NCBI GenBank assembly: GCA_965262925.1
Contig: CBDHGC010000004.1
Span: forward strand, 145,112-209,111
From: Vicinamibacterales bacterium
GTDB taxonomy: Bacteria; Acidobacteriota; Vicinamibacteria; Vicinamibacterales; UBA8438
DNA: 64,000 nt
Reading direction: 5' to 3'
Shown here piece by piece: positions 50,777-59,972 of this stretch. Under the pieces are notes generated by a model that ran no database searches, had not been told where the DNA came from, and was given only the letters and a program-made list of their open reading frames with translations. The stretch's first letter is position 1. Each line of letters opens with the position of its first letter. The position numbers and the translations under genes are program-made.

Positions 50777-51915
50777 ATGAAGACGGCCCCCCAACGAGCC
50801 CCGGGAGCGACGAAACAACGAGCATCGTCCAAACTGAAAGGAGCCGAACAAACAACAAAGCCGAACGGCACAGGCCGCCGGCGGAGCGAGCGGACACGAC
50901 GGTGGAACAGAGCGAGTCGCGAACGAAACCGAATGATCCGCCCCGGAATCCGGCGACGACGTGGCGACGACGGCAAGTCGAATGGAAGCAGCCCGAGTGG
51001 GCAGAGCTCATCCGGGCGCTGCCGAGCGTGAGCGCACGGGCCATCACCAACCGGAGCGGGATGCAGCACCCATTCGAGTGCGACATAGTACTGGCCTGGC
51101 CACAGCGCGGGATGTTCTCCACGAAGGATCGACGCGAATGGAACGGGGTGTCAATCGGCTCGGGACGAGTCACGAACCGACTGATCCAGCCGGCGGAAGC
51201 CGCCGAAGCCTTGCGCCGGACACTGGACGCCAACCACTTCCCGGCACCCGAGTGGTGGGAAACCGGAATCAGCCAGCTCGGAGAATGGTGGACGCTGCGC
51301 GGTTGCTGGAAGTGGCCCAACGGACAACCCGACTCGAACAACCAGGAAGTGACACGGGTCGTCTGGATCGAGCACGACGTCCGGTGGTCATCCATCGCAA
51401 TCGGCGGAGGCCTGCGCCGAGCCGACGGAGCGGTAATCACGGCGACCTATGAAGGGGCGGCGCTGACCGGACCCCTGATCACGGGAATGCGGCCCAACCG
51501 GGCACTAAGCCACGCGGTGTGGCTGCGGATCGACCGAGACGCGAGAACGCTGGCGGACTGGCGCGGACAGCAGATCCTGGCCAATCTGCTCAACACGTGG
51601 ACCCGGGACTACATCGACTACAGCTGGGGCCCGGAGACCGGACCCAGACTGCTGCTGCGCAACGGAGTATCCGCGCGGCGAAGCAACGAGAGCCACATCG
51701 AGAGCGAATCGATGCGCACAGTCACCGACGACCTCAACCAGGTCGCATGGCAACTGGGACTGTCAGCGCTTTGCGTCACCGACGTGATCGAGCGGGCGGA
51801 GCTGACCACCCGCATCATGGAAACGGTAGGCAAGCTCAACGAGTACCAGAACGGTCTGAGTCCGAGCGAGACCGACCGGTCGAGGCCGAACGGCGCGCCC
51901 GACCAGATCCATTGA
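50773..51915 (+). CDS. Hypothetical protein (W-rich)
   Basis: 380-aa ORF coupled to the upstream gene. No motif recognised. Confidence 0.5.
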   Translation: MNEDGPPTSPGSDETTSIVQTERSRTNNKAERHRPPAERADTTVEQSESRTKPNDPPRNPATTWRRRQVEWKQPEWAELIRALPSVSARAITNRSGMQHPFECDIVLAWPQRGMFSTKDRREWNGVSIGSGRVTNRLIQPAEAAEALRRTLDANHFPAPEWWETGISQLGEWWTLRGCWKWPNGQPDSNNQEVTRVVWIEHDVRWSSIAIGGGLRRADGAVITATYEGAALTGPLITGMRPNRALSHAVWLRIDRDARTLADWRGQQILANLLNTWTRDYIDYSWGPETGPRLLLRNGVSARRSNESHIESESMRTVTDDLNQVAWQLGLSALCVTDVIERAELTTRIMETVGKLNEYQNGLSPSETDRSRPNGAPDQIH

Positions 51916-51971
51916 CCCCGCAAGAAGCGGCGCCGGTCTACGCAACCGGTCGCCGTGACAGGGCTGCGAAC

Positions 51972-53393
51972 ATGGACTCGACAACGAAAACAGGCACACA
52001 CGAGAGCGCACTCTCTCCGACGCGCGCTTGGACAATCCTGGCGGCCGAAGGTTTCGCCTCGCTGAGTGTCGAGATTCTGGGACTGCGAGCCATGGTGCCG
52101 TACGCGGGAACCCCCGTGCCGGTGACCTCCATCCTGTTGGCCGCCTACCTGGGAGCACTGGCCCTGGGATACCACCGAGGCGAACAGGCCGCAACCAGAC
52201 TGGGAGGACTCAGCGGAGCCACCGCGAAACTGCGCGAGGCCGCTGGGAACCGTCTGATGAAGGCCACCATCTGGACCGTTGTCGCCACCGGCCACGGGCT
52301 GCCGCTGGTCGTCTTCAACCTGACGCAGGAACACGTGGCCGTCGGCGTCGTGCTGTATTCGACGCTCGGAATCGCTCCAATAGGAATGTGGCTGGCCGAA
52401 TCGATCATGCTGATCGACCGGGCACGCAGGAGATCCGCGAACGAGCACGGAACCGGCAGCACGCTCGCGATGTCGACCGCGGGGAACGTGGCCGGCGCGC
52501 TTCTGACCGCGTGGGTAATCCTGAGCACGCTGGGAATGGCCGGCGCCACAGCGCTGGTGGCACTGGTGAGCGGCGGCGCCGCGGTCGCCGCGCACCGCCG
52601 GGCATGGGGCTGGGAGACCGCCCTGTTCATCGTCGCCCTACTGGGAATCTACGGATACCACGAACAGACCGAGTACAGAGCTCGGACAGCCTACGCCGAC
52701 TACCAGCTCGTCGAGAACAAGACCAACGGGACACGCGAGCTGATCATCAACCGCAGCCGGGCGTCTACGGACGACGGAAGCGGGACCGGACACCCGTACA
52801 TCGAAGCAATCGAGACGGCGCTATGCAGCCTGGAGATAAAACAGGTCGCCGTGCTCGGAGCCGCAGGGCGAACGCTGGGGGAAGGAGCCGACTGCGACAT
52901 CCAGCCTACTTTCGTCGACATCGACCCGGCGCAGGCGGAGATGTCGCAGGAGCTGCTCGAAAGACCACCACAGGGAACGCTGCAGATCGCTGACGCACGC
53001 GCCTGGCTGCGCAACAACGAGGTGCTGTGGCCAGCTATCGTCGCCGACGCCTACTCGCACCGCGCGTCGCTGCCGACGCACCTGGCGACAGTCGAGGCAT
53101 TCAAAGCAATGCGCGACGACCTGGCAGCCGACGGCCTGCTGTTCGTGAACATCCTGGGCAGCGAGAACGAAGCCAAGTTCCGGACACGCATCGACCGCAC
53201 GATTCGCAGAGTGTTCGCCGACTGCGAAACATGGTCGAGGAGCGCGAACGCCGAACCGGCAGCCTGGGCGGCCGACGACGACGAGCAGCACGACAACCTG
53301 CTCTACCGCTGCCGTCGATCCGAACTGGACGGAGACGAAGCGGTATACGTCGACGACAGACAGAGCATCGACATCGACCGGGGCCTGCAGTAA
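51972..53393 (+). CDS. Membrane protein fused to a spermidine synthase-like (class I methyltransferase-fold) domain
   Basis: About 7 hydrophobic segments, then VAVLGAAGRTLGEG and IVADAYS resembling the PABS-fold nucleotide-binding and acidic loops. Confidence 0.5.
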   Translation: MDSTTKTGTHESALSPTRAWTILAAEGFASLSVEILGLRAMVPYAGTPVPVTSILLAAYLGALALGYHRGEQAATRLGGLSGATAKLREAAGNRLMKATIWTVVATGHGLPLVVFNLTQEHVAVGVVLYSTLGIAPIGMWLAESIMLIDRARRRSANEHGTGSTLAMSTAGNVAGALLTAWVILSTLGMAGATALVALVSGGAAVAAHRRAWGWETALFIVALLGIYGYHEQTEYRARTAYADYQLVENKTNGTRELIINRSRASTDDGSGTGHPYIEAIETALCSLEIKQVAVLGAAGRTLGEGADCDIQPTFVDIDPAQAEMSQELLERPPQGTLQIADARAWLRNNEVLWPAIVADAYSHRASLPTHLATVEAFKAMRDDLAADGLLFVNILGSENEAKFRTRIDRTIRRVFADCETWSRSANAEPAAWAADDDEQHDNLLYRCRRSELDGDEAVYVDDRQSIDIDRGLQ

Positions 53394-53907
53394 GCACCTG
53401 CAGCCGGCATCGGATGCAACCGGATAAAACACTCCAGGCCGCGGCGCAAAGCACGCACCGGCAGCAGCAGCAACAACCGGTGATCCGTACACTCACCCTG
53501 CGGCTCCACTCCGGCCCGGGAGCCGTACCCGACCTTACCGCCGGCCAGCTCGCAGCCCGGAAACGAAGAAGCCGGCCGCGACTACAACCAGCGATCGACC
53601 AGGAGCGAGAGAGAAAATGCACGAGGCAGCACGACGAAGCACCCAACCCCAGAGGCCGGGCGGCAGACAGCCGCACTGGCGGGAACACAGCCCTAGCCAG
53701 ACACACTCACCCGGCCCGGGAAACCAGCGGCCGAAGGACGGAGCGCCCAGCCTCGGACCCGCGCAACGGATGCAGACCGACTCGAACGGTCAACCGGTAG
53801 GACCATCGAAGGCCCGGCGGCTGGCCGGCCCGAGCAGGCACTGGCTCGTACGGGACGCCGCCGGCAGCGACGGCAACTAGTTCCACCCGCCGACAAGGAG
53901 CCGGGAA

Positions 53908-54357
53908 GTGCGAATTTCCAACGAGCCGCAGCAAACCGAAGTACCACACCTGAGTGGCAACACTCGGGTGAACGTCTGGGTCGCGCTACTCGTGATGGAC
54001 GACGAGCAGGACACGAGCCTGACAACGGGCTGGTACTGGCGCCTGGCCGACATGGGCGCCGCCGAGAACGAGCGTCACGACCTGGAGGCATGGCGCAAGG
54101 CGGCGCTCAACGAACAGGGACCGTACCGCAACGCGGACAACGCGATGCAGGGCGTTGCCTACTACTCGGTCGAGCGGGCGACACTGGCCGGAAGGCTCAA
54201 CGAAGCCAACGAATTGATGCGGATGGGCCAGCTGGACGCCACCATCGAACAGATCAGCGAATGGCTGTCGAAGGCGGACGAAATGGACAGGGCGTTGCGC
54301 AACGAGAGCAGGGCGCCGCAGACGCAACCTGCCAACGACGACGGGCAACCGGTGTAG
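53908..54357 (+). CDS. Hypothetical protein
   Basis: GTG start after AAGGAG. 149 aa with a helical, acidic C-terminal half. Confidence 0.4.
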   Translation: MRISNEPQQTEVPHLSGNTRVNVWVALLVMDDEQDTSLTTGWYWRLADMGAAENERHDLEAWRKAALNEQGPYRNADNAMQGVAYYSVERATLAGRLNEANELMRMGQLDATIEQISEWLSKADEMDRALRNESRAPQTQPANDDGQPV

Positions 54358-54365
54358 GCCCGGGG

Positions 54366-55550
54366 ATGCAGGACAAGCGCCTGGCGTGGCTTGACGCGAG
54401 CAGAGGGATCGGCCTGTTGCTCATGATCCCGGCGATCGTGCGCCTGGCGCTACACCCAATCGGAGAGAGCTGGGCTCCGAAGGCCGGCGCAGCCTGGTGG
54501 AGCTACTGGCTCGCGGTCGAGACGGTGAGCGACGAGACCGGTATCTGGATCCTGGCGATCTGTGCCGGCGCCGGGCTCGCGATCCACCGAAGCACCTTCG
54601 ACGACGAGCAACTGTGGACGGCGACGCACCGGGCACGATACCTGATCCTGATGCCGGTGGCACTCGCGCACGCGTACTACTTCGCACCCTGGTCCGTGCT
54701 CGCTTCCGGATGCCTGGCAGCGCTGATGATGACGCAGGCGATACGGGAAACGACGGCCCGGCCTGTCCGGACCGGGATCGCCGTGGCAGCAGTGCCTGTG
54801 CTCCTGATCATCGGGCACATGGTCCTGTGGAACGCGTACGTGGAACGAAGCGGAGAAGCCTGGGACGACCGGTTCCAGATGAGCAACAGGGAATACGAGC
54901 GCTGGGAGAGCGCGAGCTACACGGGTGACTGGGAATCGCAGACGAGGGTGCGCAGGGAGACGTGGTGGCAAAGAACCACCACGCTGGGACCCGCCCGCCA
55001 CCTGTGGCAGATGGCCGGCGGGATCCTGATCGGACTCTGGTGGCATCGGGCCGGGCGGCACCGAAGCCGCGCGGGACGGGACGCATGGAGGCTGACGACA
55101 GGGGGACTGACTGCGAACGCCCTCGGGGCGCTGCTGGTGTGGAGCGAACTGCAACCGGGCACGACCGCACGCCTGGCGGACATGGTCAACTACGTCGGCG
55201 GGGGAATGCTCGCCGTCGGGATCGTCGCGCTCGCGACTACCGCGAATACGGACTTCTGGTCGAACTCGGCAACCAGCACACTGAGGAGCATCGGACGCCA
55301 CAGCCTGACGCTGTACGCCTTGCTGACTACGGCCCTGGCCGCGACCGCCCACGGGTGGGGAGCCGGACTTCACGGGGCGCTGGACGCGCAGCAGACATTC
55401 TCGGTTTGCGTAATCAGCGCCGCGGCAATGAGCGCCGGAGCGGCCCTGCGATCCGGCAATCGGCGGGGTCCAGCCGAAAAATGGTGGCGCCGAAGCGCCG
55501 ACAGACTGGTGAAGAAAGCCAACCAGCCAACCGACAGCACAGAACCGTAG
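54366..55550 (+). CDS. Polytopic membrane protein (DUF418/acyltransferase-3-like)
   Basis: N-terminal RLAWLDASRGIGLLLM motif and more than 8 hydrophobic segments. Confidence 0.5.
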   Translation: MQDKRLAWLDASRGIGLLLMIPAIVRLALHPIGESWAPKAGAAWWSYWLAVETVSDETGIWILAICAGAGLAIHRSTFDDEQLWTATHRARYLILMPVALAHAYYFAPWSVLASGCLAALMMTQAIRETTARPVRTGIAVAAVPVLLIIGHMVLWNAYVERSGEAWDDRFQMSNREYERWESASYTGDWESQTRVRRETWWQRTTTLGPARHLWQMAGGILIGLWWHRAGRHRSRAGRDAWRLTTGGLTANALGALLVWSELQPGTTARLADMVNYVGGGMLAVGIVALATTANTDFWSNSATSTLRSIGRHSLTLYALLTTALAATAHGWGAGLHGALDAQQTFSVCVISAAAMSAGAALRSGNRRGPAEKWWRRSADRLVKKANQPTDSTEP

Positions 55551-55649
55551 TCTGGAAAGACCGACGACGGACAGGCGATACACTGCGCGCCGATGAAACG
55601 CCGCAACGGCTGAACCACCCCCGATCGCCAGCCGAAGGACTCCCAGACG

Positions 55650-55940
55650 ATGAACAACCGAGATGCAATCGCTCCGACGACCACCGGAGCCGCACACAGA
55701 AGTGAAGACGACGCGGGCGGCGAGTTCTGGCTATGCCCGGGGCCTCAATGGGGTACCGAGCAGGAGACGTGCGGGCGGATGCTGCGGGAGAAGAACCGCC
55801 GCTGCGCCGAATGCAGCTCCAGGCGCACGGCGCTGCGAAAGCACGAACGAGCACTGGGGAAGCGGGAAGCCGAGCACGAGCTGGCCGCGGTGAGGGTGGA
55901 CGCCAACGACCAGCAGCAGCCCTGGAACATGTGGACGTAA
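55650..55940 (+). CDS. Small Cys-containing protein
   Basis: 96-aa ORF with C-x13-C...C-x2-C. Confidence 0.35.
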   Translation: MNNRDAIAPTTTGAAHRSEDDAGGEFWLCPGPQWGTEQETCGRMLREKNRRCAECSSRRTALRKHERALGKREAEHELAAVRVDANDQQQPWNMWT

Positions 55941-56010
55941 CCTCGCATGGCTCCACGACGCCAACGTGGTCAGGGTCTGGAAACAGGTTACCGAAGAAAG
56001 AAGGACACCT

Positions 56011-56403
56011 GTGAAACTCCCATCAGCACTACAGCGGTTCGTGGCCGAGGATGACCACGGCGTCGCAACACTGAGCGCCGCCGACGCCGCCGCTCTGCTG
56101 GCCAGCGCGGTGGTCCAGCGTGCGGTCAATCAGCAGCACGTCGCGAGGCTTACCGATGCGATCGAGGCAAACGAGTGGGCCGGGCCGCCGCTGCTCACGC
56201 TCGTCGTTCGTCCGGATTCCCGTCCGGTCCTGATCGACGGCAAGCACATCCTGAGTGCGCACGTCGAAGCCAGCCGACGCAACAGCGGCCTGCGGTCAGT
56301 CGACTATGTCGTACAGGTGATCCGAAACCTGTCGCCCACCGAGGCATCGAGCTTGTACTCGACGAAAACGGCAGTCTTCGAAGGCAGCCCGGCAGCAGGG
56401 TGA
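56011..56403 (+). CDS. ParB-like N-terminal domain protein, short paralog
   Basis: GTG after GAAAGAAGGA. LQRFVAEDDHGVATLS...QQHVARLTDAIEANEWAGPPLLTLVVRPDSRPVLIDGKHILSAH. Tandem paralog of 56432. Confidence 0.55.
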   Translation: MKLPSALQRFVAEDDHGVATLSAADAAALLASAVVQRAVNQQHVARLTDAIEANEWAGPPLLTLVVRPDSRPVLIDGKHILSAHVEASRRNSGLRSVDYVVQVIRNLSPTEASSLYSTKTAVFEGSPAAG

Positions 56404-56431
56404 GCCTGCCACAGGACAAGGAAGGTTGCCT

Positions 56432-57367
56432 GTGGAACTCCCGTCATCACTGCAGCGTTTCGTGGCCGAGGACGACCACGGGGTCGCAACACTGAGCACC
56501 GCCGACGCCGCCTCTCTGGTAGCCACGGCCACCGCCACGTTCCAGCGTCCGATCGATCTGCGCCACGTCGCTCACCTGGCAGGGGTGATCGAGGCAAACG
56601 AGTGGGTGGGCTGGCCGCTGCTGACGCTCGTGATTCCTCCGGATTCACCGCCGGTCGTGATCGACTGCACCCATCGTCTGAGCGCCCACGTCGAGGCCGG
56701 CCGACGCAACGGCGGCCGGCACTCGGTGGAGTACCTGGTACAGGTGGTCCGGAACCTGTCGCCCGCCGAGGCCTATGGGCGTCTGGACGCCGTAACAAAG
56801 CCTCGTTCGTCGGCCGATATCGCCAGCTCCATGAAGCTGCCGATCGCGCCACGCTTTCTGCGATCGGCGCTGAGCGTAGCCTTGAATGCGATCCGGTTCA
56901 GTACCGCGACGGACCGGACTGCGACCGTGGGGACCAAAACGGTGCGGGTCACCCCGCCGTACCGCGAGCGGCGGCAGTACGTGATGGAACGCACAGCGCA
57001 GTTCGCACGGATGGACACGTTCCTGGGACCCGAATACCCGAGCGCCACACCCGTAGTTCGGCAGCGGCTCCTCTCGGCGCCATTCCTGGCGGTGTGCCTG
57101 GAAACCCTGGCGCAGGCACCGCACGAGGCGTTTCACTTCTGGCCGATCGTGCTGCATGCCGAAGGCGCGAAGATCCAGCACATCTTCGCGCGCGAGCGAA
57201 TCGTGGAGGCATTGTCCGAGACGGTTCCAAACCGCGCATACCACCGTCTCTACGGGGTGGTCTCCGCGTGGAACGCGTTCCTCGCCGGGACGTCGCGGCC
57301 GGCCAAGATACGCGACATCATCCTGGGTCCACTGCACGTCAGGAACACTTCGATAACCATTCGATGA
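56432..57367 (+). CDS. ParB-like N-terminal domain protein, long paralog
   Basis: LQRFVAEDDHGVATLS...LRHVAHLAGVIEANEWVGWPLLTLVIPPDSPPVVIDCTHRLSAH, plus a ~200-aa unknown C-terminal domain. Confidence 0.6.
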   Translation: MELPSSLQRFVAEDDHGVATLSTADAASLVATATATFQRPIDLRHVAHLAGVIEANEWVGWPLLTLVIPPDSPPVVIDCTHRLSAHVEAGRRNGGRHSVEYLVQVVRNLSPAEAYGRLDAVTKPRSSADIASSMKLPIAPRFLRSALSVALNAIRFSTATDRTATVGTKTVRVTPPYRERRQYVMERTAQFARMDTFLGPEYPSATPVVRQRLLSAPFLAVCLETLAQAPHEAFHFWPIVLHAEGAKIQHIFARERIVEALSETVPNRAYHRLYGVVSAWNAFLAGTSRPAKIRDIILGPLHVRNTSITIR

Positions 57368-57876
57368 GTCCGCGCGTGAAGAGTGGCCGGGGTCTCGGGG
57401 GACGCCGAAACGCCGGACTCTGCCTGCGGTGCGGCGAGGCGGCCTCAGAGACCCAGGCCTATACCCGATCATTCATTCGGCGACTGGCGGAGGGTCACGG
57501 TACCGACGCCGAGTACACGCGGGTGCTCGGGCGACCGTGGTCCTACGGAGACCCGTTTCCGTCCGCGGCGCGTCTGGAACACGACCCCTGGTGCGGAAAA
57601 TGCCAGGTCGTTGTTGACCAGGCGTCGAAACAACGCAGCAAGACCCGGCGCCAAAAGGCGTTGAGGCGAGCAGGTCAGCGCGATCGATACTATCGGCGAT
57701 CCGCAAGCGGCATCTGCCCGCGTTGCTACCGTGAACGCGATACAGACCTGACCATCTGCTCCTCATGCCGCCACTATATTCGGTGTTACAGGCTCGGCTG
57801 CTGCCCAGGTTGCGGCGGCCGGCGAGGCGTCGAGGAACTCTGGTGCGCTTCGTGCCGTCGTGGAACTCAAACTTGA
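57364..57876 (+). CDS. Cys-rich multi-Zn-finger protein
   Basis: ATGA overlap with the upstream stop. At least six CxxC pairs, for example CLRCG, CGKC, CPRC, CSSC, CPGCGG and CASC. Confidence 0.55.
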   Translation: MSPRVKSGRGLGGRRNAGLCLRCGEAASETQAYTRSFIRRLAEGHGTDAEYTRVLGRPWSYGDPFPSAARLEHDPWCGKCQVVVDQASKQRSKTRRQKALRRAGQRDRYYRRSASGICPRCYRERDTDLTICSSCRHYIRCYRLGCCPGCGGRRGVEELWCASCRRGTQT

Positions 57877-58433
57877 CGCCCCTTCCCGTGGACAGGACCA
57901 TGGGCTTTGCGCACGCTTCGCGCGTACGCAGCCAGGGCATCGGGCCGCGGCGGCGGAAGCGCCGGAGCCGCTCTGGATGCACTGACGGCAGGAACCGCCG
58001 CCGGCCGGGGCGACTGGACCGGCGCGGGTGTTCGAGTTGCCGCCGCCGGCGCCTGCCGGGCCGCGGGTCGAAGGCACCTGAACAAGGAGCCGCGACGCCG
58101 CCCTCGCAGCCGCCGCCCGGGCGCCGGCCGGCCGTCCAGCGGACGCAGGAGCGGACTCCGGCCTGCTCGACGGCGGCGCCATCGTCGCCTTTTGCACCCC
58201 CGAGCGAACACTTGCACCACTTCGATCGAGGTTCTGCGGCTGAGCCGCCCGGACCGGCTCGCCGGCGCTGGCAGGCCGTCCAACTCGAGCAGCACCGGAG
58301 TCCGGCTTGCTAGACGGCAGGGAAGACGTCGGCTTTTCCGCACTGGAGCGAACACCCGAGGCAGTTCGATCCGGGCCGTGCTGCAACGCGCCGACGAAGA
58401 GACCGTGAGGACACCACAACACTCACGATCCAC

Positions 58434-58571
58434 GTGGATCGTGAACTGCACAACGACATCAAGAAACTCGCCTCGAAGATCGAACGACCAGCCGAGGTCA
58501 TGTTGCGACGAGCACTGCGCCGACTGGTCACCGACGCAATGAAGGGACGAGGGAACAAGTACATCGATTAG
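58434..58571 (+). CDS. Ribbon-helix-helix (CopG/Arc-like) domain ORF without a clear start
   Basis: LTIHVDRELHNDIKKLASKIERPAEVMLRRALRRLV. The only in-frame start candidate is GTG 58434. The frame is continuous with ORF 57765..58313 except for a TAG at 58311. Confidence 0.4.
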   Translation: MDRELHNDIKKLASKIERPAEVMLRRALRRLVTDAMKGRGNKYID

Positions 58572-58870
58572 CCCAAACCGAAGCCCGAACACAGGCGGCA
58601 ACGAGCACCGGCAGGACGGCCCAGGGCCGGCCGGTTACCGGCCCTGCGCCGGCCGGTTACCCGCGCCCACCTGAGGATTCATCCGGTACCGGAGAGCAAA
58701 GCGGCCTCCGGTTCAGACGTTCGCCCGGGGATTCCGCACCGAAAACCGCAGTAATCGGCTGAAAAGTCCGAGGACCGTACCCGGTCGTCAACAACGCACG
58801 GATCCGCCGGCCGGTACCAAGCGCCATTCCCGCCAAGCGCGCCAGGTCGACGCTGTTTACAGCGGGCAGT

Positions 58871-59771
58871 GTCAGCGGTCGCCCGAAAGAGCGTCATTCT
58901 GGACGGGACGTCGACCACAACATGTAGGGGGTGTATGAGTGAGCATCGTCGGCAAGAGCCAGTCTGGACGAGCGTGCGCGGAGCCGGCGTCAAGGCCGTC
59001 AGCCCCGCGGAGCGGGGGCGGAGCGAAGCGACGCGCCTTGACGTCGGTGAGCACACGCGCACGCTGTTGGCTTGACGATGCCGCCGGCGACCACAACATC
59101 TTGCGGTCGACCCGAGCCCAGTTTCTGTCAGTATGACCAGCATCGCGTTATGACAAGTGACCGTCGGCGAGACGGTGGCGGTCGGGGTCCAGCACGTCGT
59201 CTGCTTGTCATAATCAGAGGCTCGCCAGGAAGGCCAACAGCGAGGAGTCGGCCTTGAACCGCTGCGTTCGTTGACCGAGCGGCTCGAGTTTTCGCAGAGC
59301 GTCTTCCTTGAGTTGCAGGTCCGCCTCGCCGTATTGATGGGTGGTTTCGAGTCGCTCGTGGCCGAGCCACAGCGCGATGGTCGCCATGTCGACGCCGGCC
59401 TGGAGCAGGTGCATCGCGGTAGTGTGGCGGACGACATGCGGCGACACGCGCGCACGGTGCCCGTCGCGTACCCGCGCGTCATGAGTACGTCGACGAAGTC
59501 GTCGACCCAACGACCCAACGGCCCGGACCGGATCTGGTCGCAGATGCGTGGGCGAACGGAAAGCGTTTCAAGCATGGTCTCCTCCTTGGTCCCCTGACAC
59601 TGGGAACCCGCAGAGACCATGCGTACTATGTCAAGCTCGCGGTAGCGGGGATGCCCGCCACGCCAGGGGCAACGACGCTCGGCTGACCGTCACTTGTCAT
59701 AACGCGATGCTGGTCATACTGACAGGTATGACCAGCTGGTCATACCTGTCAGTTCCTCGCGCTCGGCAACA
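58871..59771. mobile_element. 0.9-kb non-autonomous element derived from a recombinase-in-trio type element, copy 1
   Basis: 6-bp duplication GGCAGT (58865..58870 and 59772..59777) inside an RHH-gene fragment. 37-bp perfect internal inverted repeats at 59125..59161 and 59689..59725. Carries out-of-frame N- and C-terminal tyrosine recombinase remnants. Confidence 0.75.
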
Positions 59772-59972
59772 GGCAGTAGCCCGCACTCCATAGCCCTGCG
59801 CAACGAGAGCGCACCGCTGACACCCTGCTCGAGACAGAACTCGACAACGTGTCAGTACGGCTCCCAATCAGGATCGTGGATTGGACGTGAACGAAATAGC
59901 CTGAATACAGGCGGCAACGACGAGCGGCCGGACAACCGTCAGCCGGCCGGTTGCCGGCCCTGGGCCGGCCGA

